A stretch of 64,000 nt of DNA from an uncultured archaeon. Lineage in GTDB: Archaea > Thermoproteota > EX4484-205 > JAAOZP01. The position numbers and the translations under genes were made by a program. Shown here one piece after another: positions 36,307 through 46,645 of the stretch. A model generated the notes under the pieces. It did no database searches. It was not told the origin of the DNA and saw nothing but the letters and a program-made list of their open reading frames with translations. The DNA is taken from positions 6,274 to 70,273 of the forward strand of contig CALIBN010000024.1 of assembly GCA_938045545.1 (NCBI GenBank), given 5' to 3'. The first letter of the stretch is position 1. Each line of letters opens with the position of its first letter.

Positions 36307-39300
36307 TTAACCCTGAGGATTCTGGTTTACACCACTTTTCCCTGTTTTCCTCCCGCTCTCTTTGAAGCCTCTCCTCCTGCGCCTCATTCTCAGAGCGAGA
36401 GCAGCCAGCAGCGGGGTTACGGATATCAGTGGAAACAGGTTAACCCCCCGGTTACTCCAAACCCTAACCGAGTGTGGAACAGTGTTCTCAGAGTATGCTA
36501 CAAGCACGACTGGGTTTAAACCCTGCCCGCCTGGAAGCTCCAGGGAAGTTTCCAGGCATGAACCGGGTTCAAGGTCTCCAAGGTTTTTCTCAAAATCCGT
36601 ATCAACCACCTTAACCCTGACGCCTCTAACAACCAGATGCTTAGCGAGAGACCTGACCCTGACCCTGATCATCCTGCCGTCGTATTCAGCGTAGTCTATT
36701 CTCAGCGCAAGCCTCTCGTCGAAAAAGAGCCCTCCGGGAGGGCTTAGGAACACGGTCATGCTGGAGTTGTCACTCTGAACTTGAAGAATTCTTATCGAGC
36801 AGGATGTTTCCGGAGGATAGCCTTCAACCCTAATCCGCATAGGTAGGCTCACCATGCCAGCGTCAGCCTCCAGTCTTAGAAAAGCTTCAAACCCGTGCTG
36901 GTCGCCCTTTAAAACCAGGCTGCTCCAGTCGAGCCTGACGATCCTGACGCTGCAGTCCCCGACTGTCCTCCATATCCCTGAAGGATGCGGATCCCGTTTT
37001 AAAACCACTATCCTCTCCACGCAGGAAGCATTGTATTCAGAGTCGTTTAAAGCCAACCTTATTCTACCCTCGTCGTCTGACAGAACCCTTTTCGCGGATA
37101 GGCTCGTGTAGACGGGTAGGCTGCTCACCGGGGAACCGTTGTGAGCCCAGCGCGCCGTGGCGCAGAAAATCCTGGTTCCATTACGGTCTAAAATGTAGTC
37201 CGGGGTAATGTTGAAGGCTGTGAAAACAGCCTCGATGGTGAGCACGTCGCTGCAAACGTTTTCTTCAAGCGCCTTCACATAGTAACGGTAAACGCCGGGC
37301 TTGGACTCTGTCCAGTTGAAGCTGACCCCGTTGCTGGAAACCAGGCTGCTTCTCACAACCGTCCCGTTTGAAGACACGACACCCATCCTGATTCCGCGGG
37401 CAATGCTCCCGTTGCCCTGCCACACCACTCTACGTATAGTGATGTTAAGGAGGTCCATTATGTTCAGCATGACCCTGAAGGAATAGTTTTCCAGAGGGAT
37501 GTTGTTCACAAAGACCCTTGGCCCATTATCCTCAGGGTTGCCAAGCCTCACCCAGTTGGGAACCAGGGTTACGGTGCACGGCTCGACGCAAGGTAGGAAA
37601 CCGACAGCGTTGAAGGACGCTTTGGAAACGCCTTTCTCAGGTATTCTAAGCCTGAAGGACGCGGGGCTCCTTCCAACGAGTCCGGTTTCAACCCATCTTA
37701 CTTCAAGACCCTTAAGCGGCATGTTGTTGAAAGAGAGCCTTGCTGAAACCGTTACCTCAACCTCCTCCCCGGGTCTGCCGCCGACCACTGTTCTAGAGGC
37801 TTCCAGCAGTATTCTGGTGAAGACAACGCTGAGAGTAGCCTCACCCTCTATGAACCCGTCGCTCGCCTTAACCATTCCCTCGTAGGCAACATCCCTGCCT
37901 GTTAGCCTTAGCACAGCGGCGCCGTCGACCCCCGTCAGAGCGGAGGAGCCTGAAGGCTTAAACTCCACCAGCACGCTGGAGGCCGGTGTAAGGCTGTGAG
38001 AATACACTGCTTTAACTGAAAAACTTGATGAACCATTGTTGCAAGCATAGTAGGATTCTTCGAAGAACACAGCGTCTAGGCTTGAGACCTCAAGTCTGAT
38101 CTTTGTGAAGACTATTCTCACGCAAGCCTCCTCGCTCAACCTGGCCCCGTTCTCGCCGACCGCGACGAAGGTTAACCAGGCTTCCCGGTCTTTTTGGGCG
38201 AATGAGAAAACCGCGTCGCCGTTCATCCCGGTTAAAGCATCTTTGCCTTCGGAATCCCTTATCCTGACTCCAGCCGCCGGACTGTCGTCATGAGAGAAAT
38301 ATGCTGAAACAGTGATGCTCACGGTGGAGCCGCTCCTAGCCCAGTAAACCCCGTTCCTAAGAACCCCGCCGGAGACGCTCTTTACAGTAAGCCTGTAGGA
38401 TGACCATGTTACAGTGAAGGTCGCGTTCCCGCCGGTCGTAGAGCTTATACCCCTGTAAACCCCCTTGGGAGGGCTGAAGGAATATTTTCTGACACCTGGG
38501 CTGGATTCTGAAACACTGTAAACATCTATCTTAGAATATTCTCCAAGACAGTCGGAAACCTTAACCCTGAGCTCAACAGTCTCGCCGAGCATGCGTAAAC
38601 CTAGATCGGTGGGCCCCAGGGGCTCGATCCTCATCGAGTCGAAGCGCAGGCTCATCTGGGGTAAGCTTATTGTAAGCGTCAACTCGTCGGTCCTGTTCTT
38701 GGATGAGAAGACAACTCTTCTGGTGAAAAATCCTCCGCCCAGCTTCTTCAACACGCAGCTACCGGTTTCAACCCCGCTGGCGGCCTCCTCCGCAACCCAT
38801 CCGCCCGCGCTGTAAAACCTTATTTTCTGAGACCAGTGGACACTAGAGCCGCTGTTAGCCCACGCGTCCAAGCCCTCCACGAAAGTGCATCCAGTTATGT
38901 TTAAGCCTAGATACTCTATGCTTGTCACAAGATATTTTCCGGAGGCGAACCCGACCTCGTCGCCGTTGCTAATGGCTACGGCAACCCTACGGATACTGGC
39001 TTCACCGGAGCCCTCGTCGAAAACAGCGTCGATGGCGAAACCATCGCTAGGACTGACTGAGGGGGCTGGTTCTCCAACCATTATCACGACGGGGCTCGTG
39101 AAGACCCAGCTGTCCCTGTTAACCCCTTGGAAAACAGCTTTCTGAACACTTCCCGGAGCTCCGCTTCCAGTCTTCTCAACGTTGCTCCACCTCGCCTTCC
39201 AACTCATGTTTCTCACGCCAGTCGCCTGGGGAAGCCTGAACGTGAAGACGTGTGTTACGCTTCCATCCAGGGTTGCCTCAGCAGTATGCGATTCAGCCTG

Positions 39301-39885
39301 GATGCTTCCACCCCCCTCAAGCCTAATGTCCATCGCAGCGTAGGCTAAGTCGCGCTCCTCGAAGCACGAGGAAACCTTAACACTGATGCCTATTGTAAGC
39401 CTAACCTCGTGCGTCCCCTGGCCCAGGACAGCGGCCTTAGAATAGCAGCGTGCCCACCAGTATTCTTTACCCAGCTCGTAGACCCTGACCCCGTCGACGT
39501 AAACCCTGAGATACTTATCCACAACTGTCCAGCCGTTTGGAACAGGGTTATGGTCGTTCCCGCAAACGTAAATCCCTGCCGAGAAGCCTTCCGGTATTAT
39601 TACCCTTGCCGTCACTGACTTAGTATCGCTATACGTCCCCTGCCCAGCTCTGGCGTCGATATGAAGATAACCTGTTCCACCGTACCATATGCTTTCGCCG
39701 AATGAATAGCTTATTTGAACAGTATCCGTCCTTAAACCAGTCCACGAGTAGAATGACGGCAAGCTTTCCGGATGCGCTTCAACCTGAACCAGGCATTGGA
39801 GCAGGACTATGACTGTGATTAGCAGCAGGGTTTTCCAAGCTTTTTTCGAAACCGGCATCCCGAAGAATCCTTGCCGCCGGCACAC
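36307..39885 (-). CDS. Large cell-surface protein with Ig-like repeats and C-terminal TM anchor
   Basis: Signal peptide; repeated (A/S)xxSHxxxP...G.A.T...G units; terminal TM plus RRRRR. Confidence 0.7.
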   Translation of the reverse strand: MCRRQGFFGMPVSKKAWKTLLLITVIVLLQCLVQVEAHPESLPSFYSWTGLRTDTVQISYSFGESIWYGGTGYLHIDARAGQGTYSDTKSVTARVIIPEGFSAGIYVCGNDHNPVPNGWTVVDKYLRVYVDGVRVYELGKEYWWARCYSKAAVLGQGTHEVRLTIGISVKVSSCFEERDLAYAAMDIRLEGGGSIQAESHTAEATLDGSVTHVFTFRLPQATGVRNMSWKARWSNVEKTGSGAPGSVQKAVFQGVNRDSWVFTSPVVIMVGEPAPSVSPSDGFAIDAVFDEGSGEASIRRVAVAISNGDEVGFASGKYLVTSIEYLGLNITGCTFVEGLDAWANSGSSVHWSQKIRFYSAGGWVAEEAASGVETGSCVLKKLGGGFFTRRVVFSSKNRTDELTLTISLPQMSLRFDSMRIEPLGPTDLGLRMLGETVELRVKVSDCLGEYSKIDVYSVSESSPGVRKYSFSPPKGVYRGISSTTGGNATFTVTWSSYRLTVKSVSGGVLRNGVYWARSGSTVSITVSAYFSHDDSPAAGVRIRDSEGKDALTGMNGDAVFSFAQKDREAWLTFVAVGENGARLSEEACVRIVFTKIRLEVSSLDAVFFEESYYACNNGSSSFSVKAVYSHSLTPASSVLVEFKPSGSSALTGVDGAAVLRLTGRDVAYEGMVKASDGFIEGEATLSVVFTRILLEASRTVVGGRPGEEVEVTVSARLSFNNMPLKGLEVRWVETGLVGRSPASFRLRIPEKGVSKASFNAVGFLPCVEPCTVTLVPNWVRLGNPEDNGPRVFVNNIPLENYSFRVMLNIMDLLNITIRRVVWQGNGSIARGIRMGVVSSNGTVVRSSLVSSNGVSFNWTESKPGVYRYYVKALEENVCSDVLTIEAVFTAFNITPDYILDRNGTRIFCATARWAHNGSPVSSLPVYTSLSAKRVLSDDEGRIRLALNDSEYNASCVERIVVLKRDPHPSGIWRTVGDCSVRIVRLDWSSLVLKGDQHGFEAFLRLEADAGMVSLPMRIRVEGYPPETSCSIRILQVQSDNSSMTVFLSPPGGLFFDERLALRIDYAEYDGRMIRVRVRSLAKHLVVRGVRVKVVDTDFEKNLGDLEPGSCLETSLELPGGQGLNPVVLVAYSENTVPHSVRVWSNRGVNLFPLISVTPLLAALALRMRRRRRGFKESGRKTGKSGVNQNPQG

Positions 39886-40773
39886 TTAAGCGCCAATATT
39901 GTTCGAAACAGCCTTGGCGAGGCTGTGAAAATCTTGGACAGTAAGCTCTAAAACCCTACTGGCCTCTGGAACAAGATGGAAAACATTGGAGTAAACCCGT
40001 TTACCCCTTTCCCCGTATAGCCGTTCAAGGCTGTTTCTCAAAACTGTTCTCGCAAGCCTGTTTCTCTGGCTGAACATCGCTCTAAGCAGGCCTTCCAGAA
40101 TACCCGTGTCCACCTCTATCCTAGAAGGCTTAATGTAGAGAACTGCGTGAGCAACCTTAGGCCTAGGGTAGAACGAGGAGGATGGGAAAAAACCTAGTAT
40201 ACGGGGCTCAGCCATGGTGTTAACAGAGACTGTTAGCCTGCCGTATTCCCTGGTTCCCGGTTTCGAGACAATTCTCTCAGCAACCTCCCTCTGCACCGTG
40301 ATCACAGCCCTCTCATAGTTCTGCTCCAGAATCCTGAATATCACCGGGGTTGAAACATGGTATGGGATGTTTCCAGTGTAGACATTACCCTTCAAATCCA
40401 TCTTCATGAAGTCTCCTTGAACCACCTCGACGTTATTAAAGGCTGAGAACCGGTCTTTCAATACCCTTACCAGCGCGGGGTCTATTTCAACAGCCTTAAC
40501 CTTTGAACCGTGCTTAGCCAGTTCAAAAGTCAGTGTCCCCAATCCGGCCCCAATCTCAACAATAGTATCGCTGGGCTTGGGCTGAACGTTTTCAACCACT
40601 GTTCTCACCAGAAGCTCGTCTACGACGAAGCTTTGGCTAAGCCTCTTCTTAGGCCTTATCCCATATTTCCTGATCAGACGGATCGTCTCAGCGAGAAGGT
40701 TTTCACGGTAAGGGTGGGGCCTGCTCCCGCCTGCTTGGGAGCCTACCCTCCTTCTAGTCGACATGCAGCTCAA
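39886..40773 (-). CDS. rsmA: 16S rRNA dimethyladenosine transferase KsgA/Dim1
   Basis: LSQSF, EIGAGLGTLT, GNIPY, QREVAER, FYPRPKV. Confidence 0.93.
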   Translation of the reverse strand: MSCMSTRRRVGSQAGGSRPHPYRENLLAETIRLIRKYGIRPKKRLSQSFVVDELLVRTVVENVQPKPSDTIVEIGAGLGTLTFELAKHGSKVKAVEIDPALVRVLKDRFSAFNNVEVVQGDFMKMDLKGNVYTGNIPYHVSTPVIFRILEQNYERAVITVQREVAERIVSKPGTREYGRLTVSVNTMAEPRILGFFPSSSFYPRPKVAHAVLYIKPSRIEVDTGILEGLLRAMFSQRNRLARTVLRNSLERLYGERGKRVYSNVFHLVPEASRVLELTVQDFHSLAKAVSNNIGA

Positions 40774-42217
40774 GCGTGTACACGCTTATCGCCTTCAACA
40801 ATGGGAAGGCCATGTTCGGCGGAGTGTGTTCCACGCATAGCTCAACGTTAATCCTGTAAACGCCTCTAGCAATAGTCCTCTTCAACTCCAAGCTTAGGAA
40901 TACGAATCTCGCTTCCCCGACGGTTATGTTCACCCTTTCAATGCTAACCCCCATTTTCGGAAACCCTTCTCCTGTCGAAAAGTAGAACATGCCTAAATCC
41001 GGGTCCGTCGAGTTATACTTGCTTACTCTGAGTATAACCTCCCCCTCAAACCCATTTAAAGAGCCCAATAGAAAATCGACGGTGGTCTTCCCGCCGGGAG
41101 AAGCGTCGACGCGTGAAAAGTATGCTACTATGCTTGGGGCGGGCTCATTATATGTTGAGGAAACGTTCGCAACCCCCAGCTTAACCCCTTTAACCTCCAT
41201 CCTTGACGAGGTTTCCACGATGAACGTTAAAACATTTATGCCGAAGAGGGAGCGCTCATCTATCTGCATAGTCATAACCACCCCGCTGTAGTTCCTCGGC
41301 GTTAAGAAGAAGTCGCTGCCGTTAAACTCGTTCAGAAAGAGACCAATATGGCTCGAGTAAACATGCACTGTTTCGTCGAAACCGTAGATGGGTTTAACTT
41401 TCACCAGTATGTTCACAACGTCACCCGGCTTAGCAATCGTGATGTTCGGTTGGAAGAGTATTTGAAAGTCTGGCGGAGGAGCCTCTGAAACCTCTACCGT
41501 CAGGTTCACAAGAGCCTGATGGCTAGTCGAGTTTAAAACAACCGTGAAATTGTTAACGCCCACAGGGGTGCTCCTGTTCGTTTTAACGATTATCTGATCT
41601 CTTTTCACACCTTTCTCTATAATGCTTTTCTCGGGCGTTGAGCCCGGCAGGCCCATTATGGAAACACCTATGGTCTCGTTGAAACCGGCGTGCGGGGTTA
41701 TTGAAATGTTCAGCAGGAACGCTTCGGTCTGAATGATGCTTCCTGGTTGAAGGCTAACGCTCGCTTCAAACCAGGGCTTCTCAACCTCCTTAACGACTAT
41801 CGTGAGCCTCGTTTTCCTCTCAACCTCCAGGTAGGAGCCTGAGACATTAACAGGGTATGTGCCAGGGAGGAGACCAGTGGTGTTCAGCGTGAGGATGGCG
41901 TTCCTCGAGGAAGGTGTTAAAACCCAGTTTGAAACCGAGTAGTCTATTTCGCCGGGTTTTTCAATCTTAAGGGTTACGCTGCCCTGGAAGGCGCCCTCCG
42001 GCACAAGGGTTATGAGCGTATTCACAACCTTGCCTGGGAGAACCTCCACCCGGGTAGTGTTCAACTCCAGTCTGAAATCGTACACGGACGGCGGGGGGGT
42101 GAGGACCTTGGTGAACAGGAAGTAGACGAGGACTACTGCTAGCAAAGCCACTGCGACTATCACAATGATGGGAAGCATTCTTCTAATCTTCTCCTCATTC
42201 TCTCCCGGCTCGAACAA
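40754..42217 (-). CDS. N-terminally anchored surface protein with ~4 Ig-like repeats
   Basis: TM helix then repeated DF.L...PG....I.L....GF.G.V.L units. Confidence 0.7.
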   Translation of the reverse strand: MFEPGENEEKIRRMLPIIVIVAVALLAVVLVYFLFTKVLTPPPSVYDFRLELNTTRVEVLPGKVVNTLITLVPEGAFQGSVTLKIEKPGEIDYSVSNWVLTPSSRNAILTLNTTGLLPGTYPVNVSGSYLEVERKTRLTIVVKEVEKPWFEASVSLQPGSIIQTEAFLLNISITPHAGFNETIGVSIMGLPGSTPEKSIIEKGVKRDQIIVKTNRSTPVGVNNFTVVLNSTSHQALVNLTVEVSEAPPPDFQILFQPNITIAKPGDVVNILVKVKPIYGFDETVHVYSSHIGLFLNEFNGSDFFLTPRNYSGVVMTMQIDERSLFGINVLTFIVETSSRMEVKGVKLGVANVSSTYNEPAPSIVAYFSRVDASPGGKTTVDFLLGSLNGFEGEVILRVSKYNSTDPDLGMFYFSTGEGFPKMGVSIERVNITVGEARFVFLSLELKRTIARGVYRINVELCVEHTPPNMAFPLLKAISVYTLELHVD

Positions 42218-42305
42218 GTATCGTTTCTAATGGTGAAGAAGGATTTTTAAAGTTCTCGTTTAAAACAGGGATATCTTTAAAGCCTCCTCCAGCCCATATC
42301 GGCTC

Positions 42306-43520
42306 ATGCCACTAGACCCTTACACCGTCAGAGAGGATTTTCCTATTCTGAAGAGGGTTGTAAACGGTAAAAGCCTTGTTTACTTTAACAATGCTGCGAC
42401 AACCCAGAAGCCTGTTCAGGTTGTTGAGGCTATAAAAGACTATTACTACAATTATAATTCCGACGTTCTGCGCAGCGTAAACACGTTGAGCTCCCAGGCG
42501 ACTGACCTCTACATGGAGGCTAGGCGTAAAATAGCCGGGTTCATAGGCGCCGGCGAGGATGAGATTGTCTTCACTAGAAACACGACCGAGGGCTTAAACA
42601 TGGTTGCGGAGGCGCTTTCAGGGCGGATCGGCAGAGGGTCTCTGGTCGTCACCAGCATAATGGAGCACCACAGCAACCTTTTGCCTTGGAGGAGAATAGT
42701 AGCTAGAAAGGGCGGGAGGCTGACCGTGGTGGGGATGAACAGGGATTTCACGATAGACATGGACATGGTTGAGAAAAGCCTTGAAGAGGGTTGTGAAATA
42801 CTTACTACTCTGCATGTTTCCAACGTTCTCGGGACTGTTAACCCTGTTAAAGAGCTTTCCAAGCTTGCCCACAAGCATGGGTGCCTCTTCATTCTCGACG
42901 CTGCCCAGAGCGTGCCGCACATGCCTTTCAACGTTAAGGATGTTGAACCGGATGCTACTGCTTTCAGCGGACACAAGATGCTTGGGCCTACAGGCATAGG
43001 CGTATTATACGTTAAGAGGAGTATTCTGGAGGAGGTTGAGCCCATGCTTCTAGGAGGCGGGATGGTGAAGACGGTGACTCTTGAAACCCAGGTTTACGAG
43101 GATATTCCCTTCAGGTTTGAAGCCGGCACCCCTAATGTTGAGGGTGTAATCGGGCTGGCTGCTGCTGTCGATTACCTCCGCAAGATCGGGTTGGAGAACA
43201 TTGCTGAACACGAGTCGAAACTGGTTAAGCATCTCCTTGAAGGCTTAGATAGGAGCTTTGTTGAAGTCTACGGGCCTGGAGAGGCTGATAAGCATGCCGG
43301 AATCTTAAGCTTCAACGTTAAGGGTGTTCATCCCCATGACGTCGCCCAGTTTCTAGACGCAGACGGGATCATGATAAGGTCAGGTGCCCTCTGTGCTGAG
43401 CCGCTTGTGAACGCTCTGGGAGCAAGCGCTGTTGCCAGAGTAAGCTTCTACCTCTACAACACTCTGGAGGAGGTCGATATGTTTCACGAGTCCCTCAGAA
43501 GGATGAGGATGCTCATGTAG
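42306..43520 (+). CDS. sufS: Cysteine desulfurase SufS
   Basis: NAATTQKP, FSGHKMLGPTGIG, FEAGTP, RSGALCA. Confidence 0.93.
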   Translation: MPLDPYTVREDFPILKRVVNGKSLVYFNNAATTQKPVQVVEAIKDYYYNYNSDVLRSVNTLSSQATDLYMEARRKIAGFIGAGEDEIVFTRNTTEGLNMVAEALSGRIGRGSLVVTSIMEHHSNLLPWRRIVARKGGRLTVVGMNRDFTIDMDMVEKSLEEGCEILTTLHVSNVLGTVNPVKELSKLAHKHGCLFILDAAQSVPHMPFNVKDVEPDATAFSGHKMLGPTGIGVLYVKRSILEEVEPMLLGGGMVKTVTLETQVYEDIPFRFEAGTPNVEGVIGLAAAVDYLRKIGLENIAEHESKLVKHLLEGLDRSFVEVYGPGEADKHAGILSFNVKGVHPHDVAQFLDADGIMIRSGALCAEPLVNALGASAVARVSFYLYNTLEEVDMFHESLRRMRMLM

Positions 43521-43543
43521 CTGTTGAACGGGGTGGGGAAACA

Positions 43544-43921
43544 ACGGGGGGTTCAGAGGGTCTCCGCGAGCTTTTAAAACGGTTTAAAAACACTGCTAAT
43601 TACGGTGTGATTGAGAATGCTGACGCCGTCTCGGAGGAGACCGATTACTCTTGCGGAGACAGGCTGAAAATGTTTTTCAAGCTTGAGGGGAGAAAGATTG
43701 TGGACGTTAAGTTTACTTCCGAGGCATGCCTGTTCTGCAACGCTTCAGCATCCCTACTCGCCGACCTGGCTAAAGGTAGGACTATTGAGCAGGCTCTTAG
43801 TATTAAAGAAGAAGATCTTTTAAGACTGTTCAACACTGATTCTAAAAGCCCTCGCTACCGCTGTATAATCCTCCCCCTGAGGGTCTTGAAGAAGGCCCTC
43901 CAAGGGTTTGAGAAAGGCTAG
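43544..43921 (+). CDS. sufU: SufU/IscU-like Fe-S scaffold
   Basis: SCGD, AC..CNASAS, RYRC; in-frame LLKRFKNTANYG upstream of GTG 43607; probable ACG start at 43544. Confidence 0.8.
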   Translation, partial: TGGSEGLRELLKRFKNTANYGVIENADAVSEETDYSCGDRLKMFFKLEGRKIVDVKFTSEACLFCNASASLLADLAKGRTIEQALSIKEEDLLRLFNTDSKSPRYRCIILPLRVLKKALQGFEKG

Positions 43922-44583
43922 GCCTCACTGTTTTCCTCAGGTCTTTTCGACAGGATCTCGACCCAAGGGTTGTCTCTTAAGAAGGATGGGAGCCCACCCG
44001 TCTCAGCCGGTTCCCCCCCGCCTGAGAACTTTTTTTGAACAGGCTCCTCCGCAACCATCGTTTTCCTCTCCACGGTTCTCCTCAGCTCCCTGACTTCCCT
44101 CAACAGTGAGAAGTATGCTTTTTCAAGCGAGTCAACTCTTTCAGAAAGCTCTCTGATCATGGACTCTATTCTGACAAGGCTTCTCTCGAGAGACCGGGTT
44201 TCAACAGGCCTCTGAGCCTGCCTGTTCACAGTCTTCCTAAACCTGTTCTCCGCAGGAACCTTCTCCTCCGCGCCGTAGTCATCGTACAGGATTAGCCCGA
44301 CGCCCTTCTTCATGAAGGAAGCTGTCTCGGCATCTTCCCCGACGATTCTGGGGGCGGCCACGTAAACCATGCTGTACTCCTTCGCTTTTTCAAGCACGGA
44401 GGCCAGGGCCTCGTAGAGAACAACCCTGTCAGCCTCCTCCTCGAAAAGTATTTTCACCAATGCTTCCTCCCTGCCGTTTGAAAAAACAAGCTCCCCCTTC
44501 TCCTCGTCATAGTCAGTAGCCTGAAAACCCTGTTTAGAAAAGTATTTTTCAACCCTCTGAATAACCCTTCTGGAGAGGCTCAT
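43918..44583 (-). CDS. Arcadin-2-like crenactin-binding protein
   Basis: Overlaps the crenactin stop; coiled coil; C-terminal DNPWVEILSKR resembles Pyrobaculum arcadin-2 ENEWVKILRSKR. Confidence 0.7.
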   Translation of the reverse strand: MSLSRRVIQRVEKYFSKQGFQATDYDEEKGELVFSNGREEALVKILFEEEADRVVLYEALASVLEKAKEYSMVYVAAPRIVGEDAETASFMKKGVGLILYDDYGAEEKVPAENRFRKTVNRQAQRPVETRSLERSLVRIESMIRELSERVDSLEKAYFSLLREVRELRRTVERKTMVAEEPVQKKFSGGGEPAETGGLPSFLRDNPWVEILSKRPEENSEA

Positions 44584-45848
44584 CTGAACCCCATCCATCC
44601 CTCCATCCTGTCCCAGCTCCACCTGAAACCCTCGGGGACAGCGTAGCCGTAAACTATGCATCCCCTCCAGACAGAGTACTTCGGGGAGCTCGCCATCACG
44701 ACTCCTGCTTCCGAAACTCCTTTCTCGCTGAGCATCGTCTTAATCTTGTCAACCGCGTTTACACACGTGTTTTCAAGGCCCGGGGGGACTCTCCACTCGA
44801 AGTTCCCGCCGGAGAGTATTATCTGCCTGTATAGGTATGGTTGAAGCTCAACCGGGCATTTTTCGATTGACTGCAATATTGCCTCAGCCATGTCAATCAT
44901 CCCTAGGAAAAACGTGTCCCCCACCTTAACATCCCCGGGCCGAGGCATTCCCCTTGTGAAATAGCTTTGAAAAACCTCGTGGTTAGGGTTGAAAACATAC
45001 TCGCCGATGAGGAACCTTAGCCAACCGTTATCTTCAAGCGTGATCCTCAGCCTGGTTCCAGGTATGTTTACCACTGCGGCCAGCCTATCCGGGTTCTCCT
45101 TTCCAAACCTTATCGCCTCCTCAAGCCTCCTAGGCACTAGGCCAACCTGCTCCTTGATCTGTCTGACGACAGTCTCCTCCTTGGCGAGGTCGCTGTATCC
45201 ACTGTCCTTCAGTATCTCTGCCGTTATAGAGTTAGCATCCCCACCGCCCCTGTTTAGAGCGATGATGGCTGTTCTAACAGGGTATCTCGAGATCGGGGTT
45301 ATCTGAGTGTTGCCATGTCCAGACTCTACGACGACGCTCGTCGGAACCTTGTGGGATATCGCGACCGCCAGGGGCTGCGGGATTATCGTGGCCGCCGCAA
45401 TAGTGTGTTCCTCGGAATCAATCCTCCTGTAGATGTCGAAAAGCTTCTCATACATGTATCTCGGCGCGACTGCTGACAGGGAGGCTACAACGTAGAAACC
45501 GTTGAAACCCTCCTCCTTCGGCGTGAACTCTCTGAGGGCCATTCGAGAAACCTCTTCAACAACCTGCCAGGCTCTACTGTCGTTCTTATCTATTACGCCG
45601 TTTCTAAAAGGGTAGACGAGTCTTGAAGGCAGGTCTTCTCTCGCCTCCAAGTACAGAGGGATATCCTTTCCCACTACAACCTCCCTGCCCTCTCCCATTA
45701 TCCTCGTCATAATCGAATCCTTATCCGGGAAATAGCCTCTGTTCTCAGTCACCTCCGGTGTTTCACCCAGAGAGATCGGGCCATACTTGATGAAGCTCGT
45801 CCCATAATCCATTCCAAGCACGTGTGAACGCTTATACGTCTCGGACAA
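44580..45848 (-). CDS. Crenactin (archaeal actin)
   Basis: GMDYGTSFIKYGP, ESGHGNTQ, LSGGNF, YSVWRG, terminal EGW. Confidence 0.92.
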   Translation of the reverse strand: MSETYKRSHVLGMDYGTSFIKYGPISLGETPEVTENRGYFPDKDSIMTRIMGEGREVVVGKDIPLYLEAREDLPSRLVYPFRNGVIDKNDSRAWQVVEEVSRMALREFTPKEEGFNGFYVVASLSAVAPRYMYEKLFDIYRRIDSEEHTIAAATIIPQPLAVAISHKVPTSVVVESGHGNTQITPISRYPVRTAIIALNRGGGDANSITAEILKDSGYSDLAKEETVVRQIKEQVGLVPRRLEEAIRFGKENPDRLAAVVNIPGTRLRITLEDNGWLRFLIGEYVFNPNHEVFQSYFTRGMPRPGDVKVGDTFFLGMIDMAEAILQSIEKCPVELQPYLYRQIILSGGNFEWRVPPGLENTCVNAVDKIKTMLSEKGVSEAGVVMASSPKYSVWRGCIVYGYAVPEGFRWSWDRMEGWMGFR

Positions 45849-45970
45849 TCCTCCCTCACACTCTTCTACTAATGCTTCCTTTAAACCATTTAAAAAACTA
45901 CTGGTGCACGTTAAAACTCCACCGTCCCTGCCTCAGGCCTTCTTAACCGTTTCTAAAGGGTGAACAGGGG

Positions 45971-46489
45971 CTAAAGCCTCAGCATGCTTCTCAGCCTTTC
46001 TGAAACAGTCCTGCTCCTCCTTTTTTTTCCGGAAAGAATCCTTGAAACCATGTTCATCCCCCTGTTGGGTTTGAAAAGCCTGTAGGAAAAAGTGGCAACC
46101 CCCTTATCAGGGTAGGTTGAAACCCTCACCCCAATCCCCTCGATGAAGAAGTTTTCGCCCAATCCTTGGAACTGTTCAATACTGCCCCTGACAGTAACGT
46201 AGGCTTCAACATGCTCGCACAGCTCAAGAATACCGTCGACAATCCTGTCAGCCATCAAGGGGTTTCTCAAACCGGAGAAATGGAGTGAAGCATGCAGGGT
46301 TTTCCCAAGCTCCTCCTCGTGGAAAAGCGTAAGGCTGAAATCCTCGTAAACCTCTGTGCGGAGCCTTGTTGAAACGTGTCTAGAGATCTTTTTAAGGGAT
46401 TCGACCAGCAGAGGCCAGTATCCGCCGGGCTTCTCAAAATAGGCCTCCACTCTCATGAAATACTCCTGCTTTTCCAGCGGGCTGGTCAT
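45971..46489 (-). CDS. Hypothetical protein upstream of crenactin
   Basis: 172-aa ORF in the same orientation; no motif recognised. Confidence 0.55.
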   Translation of the reverse strand: MTSPLEKQEYFMRVEAYFEKPGGYWPLLVESLKKISRHVSTRLRTEVYEDFSLTLFHEEELGKTLHASLHFSGLRNPLMADRIVDGILELCEHVEAYVTVRGSIEQFQGLGENFFIEGIGVRVSTYPDKGVATFSYRLFKPNRGMNMVSRILSGKKRRSRTVSERLRSMLRL

Positions 46490-46645
46490 CAGCCTAATAT
46501 TGCGGTGCCGGAGGGAGAGATTAAAACATTACCTTAAGCCACCCTTCCCCCTGCGGATATACCGGTTTGAAAGGGTTGCCCCACACGATTGGCTTTTAAG
46601 CGAATGGGGAAGCTTTAAAACAGGAGGTTAAAGCCCAGTTTTAAA

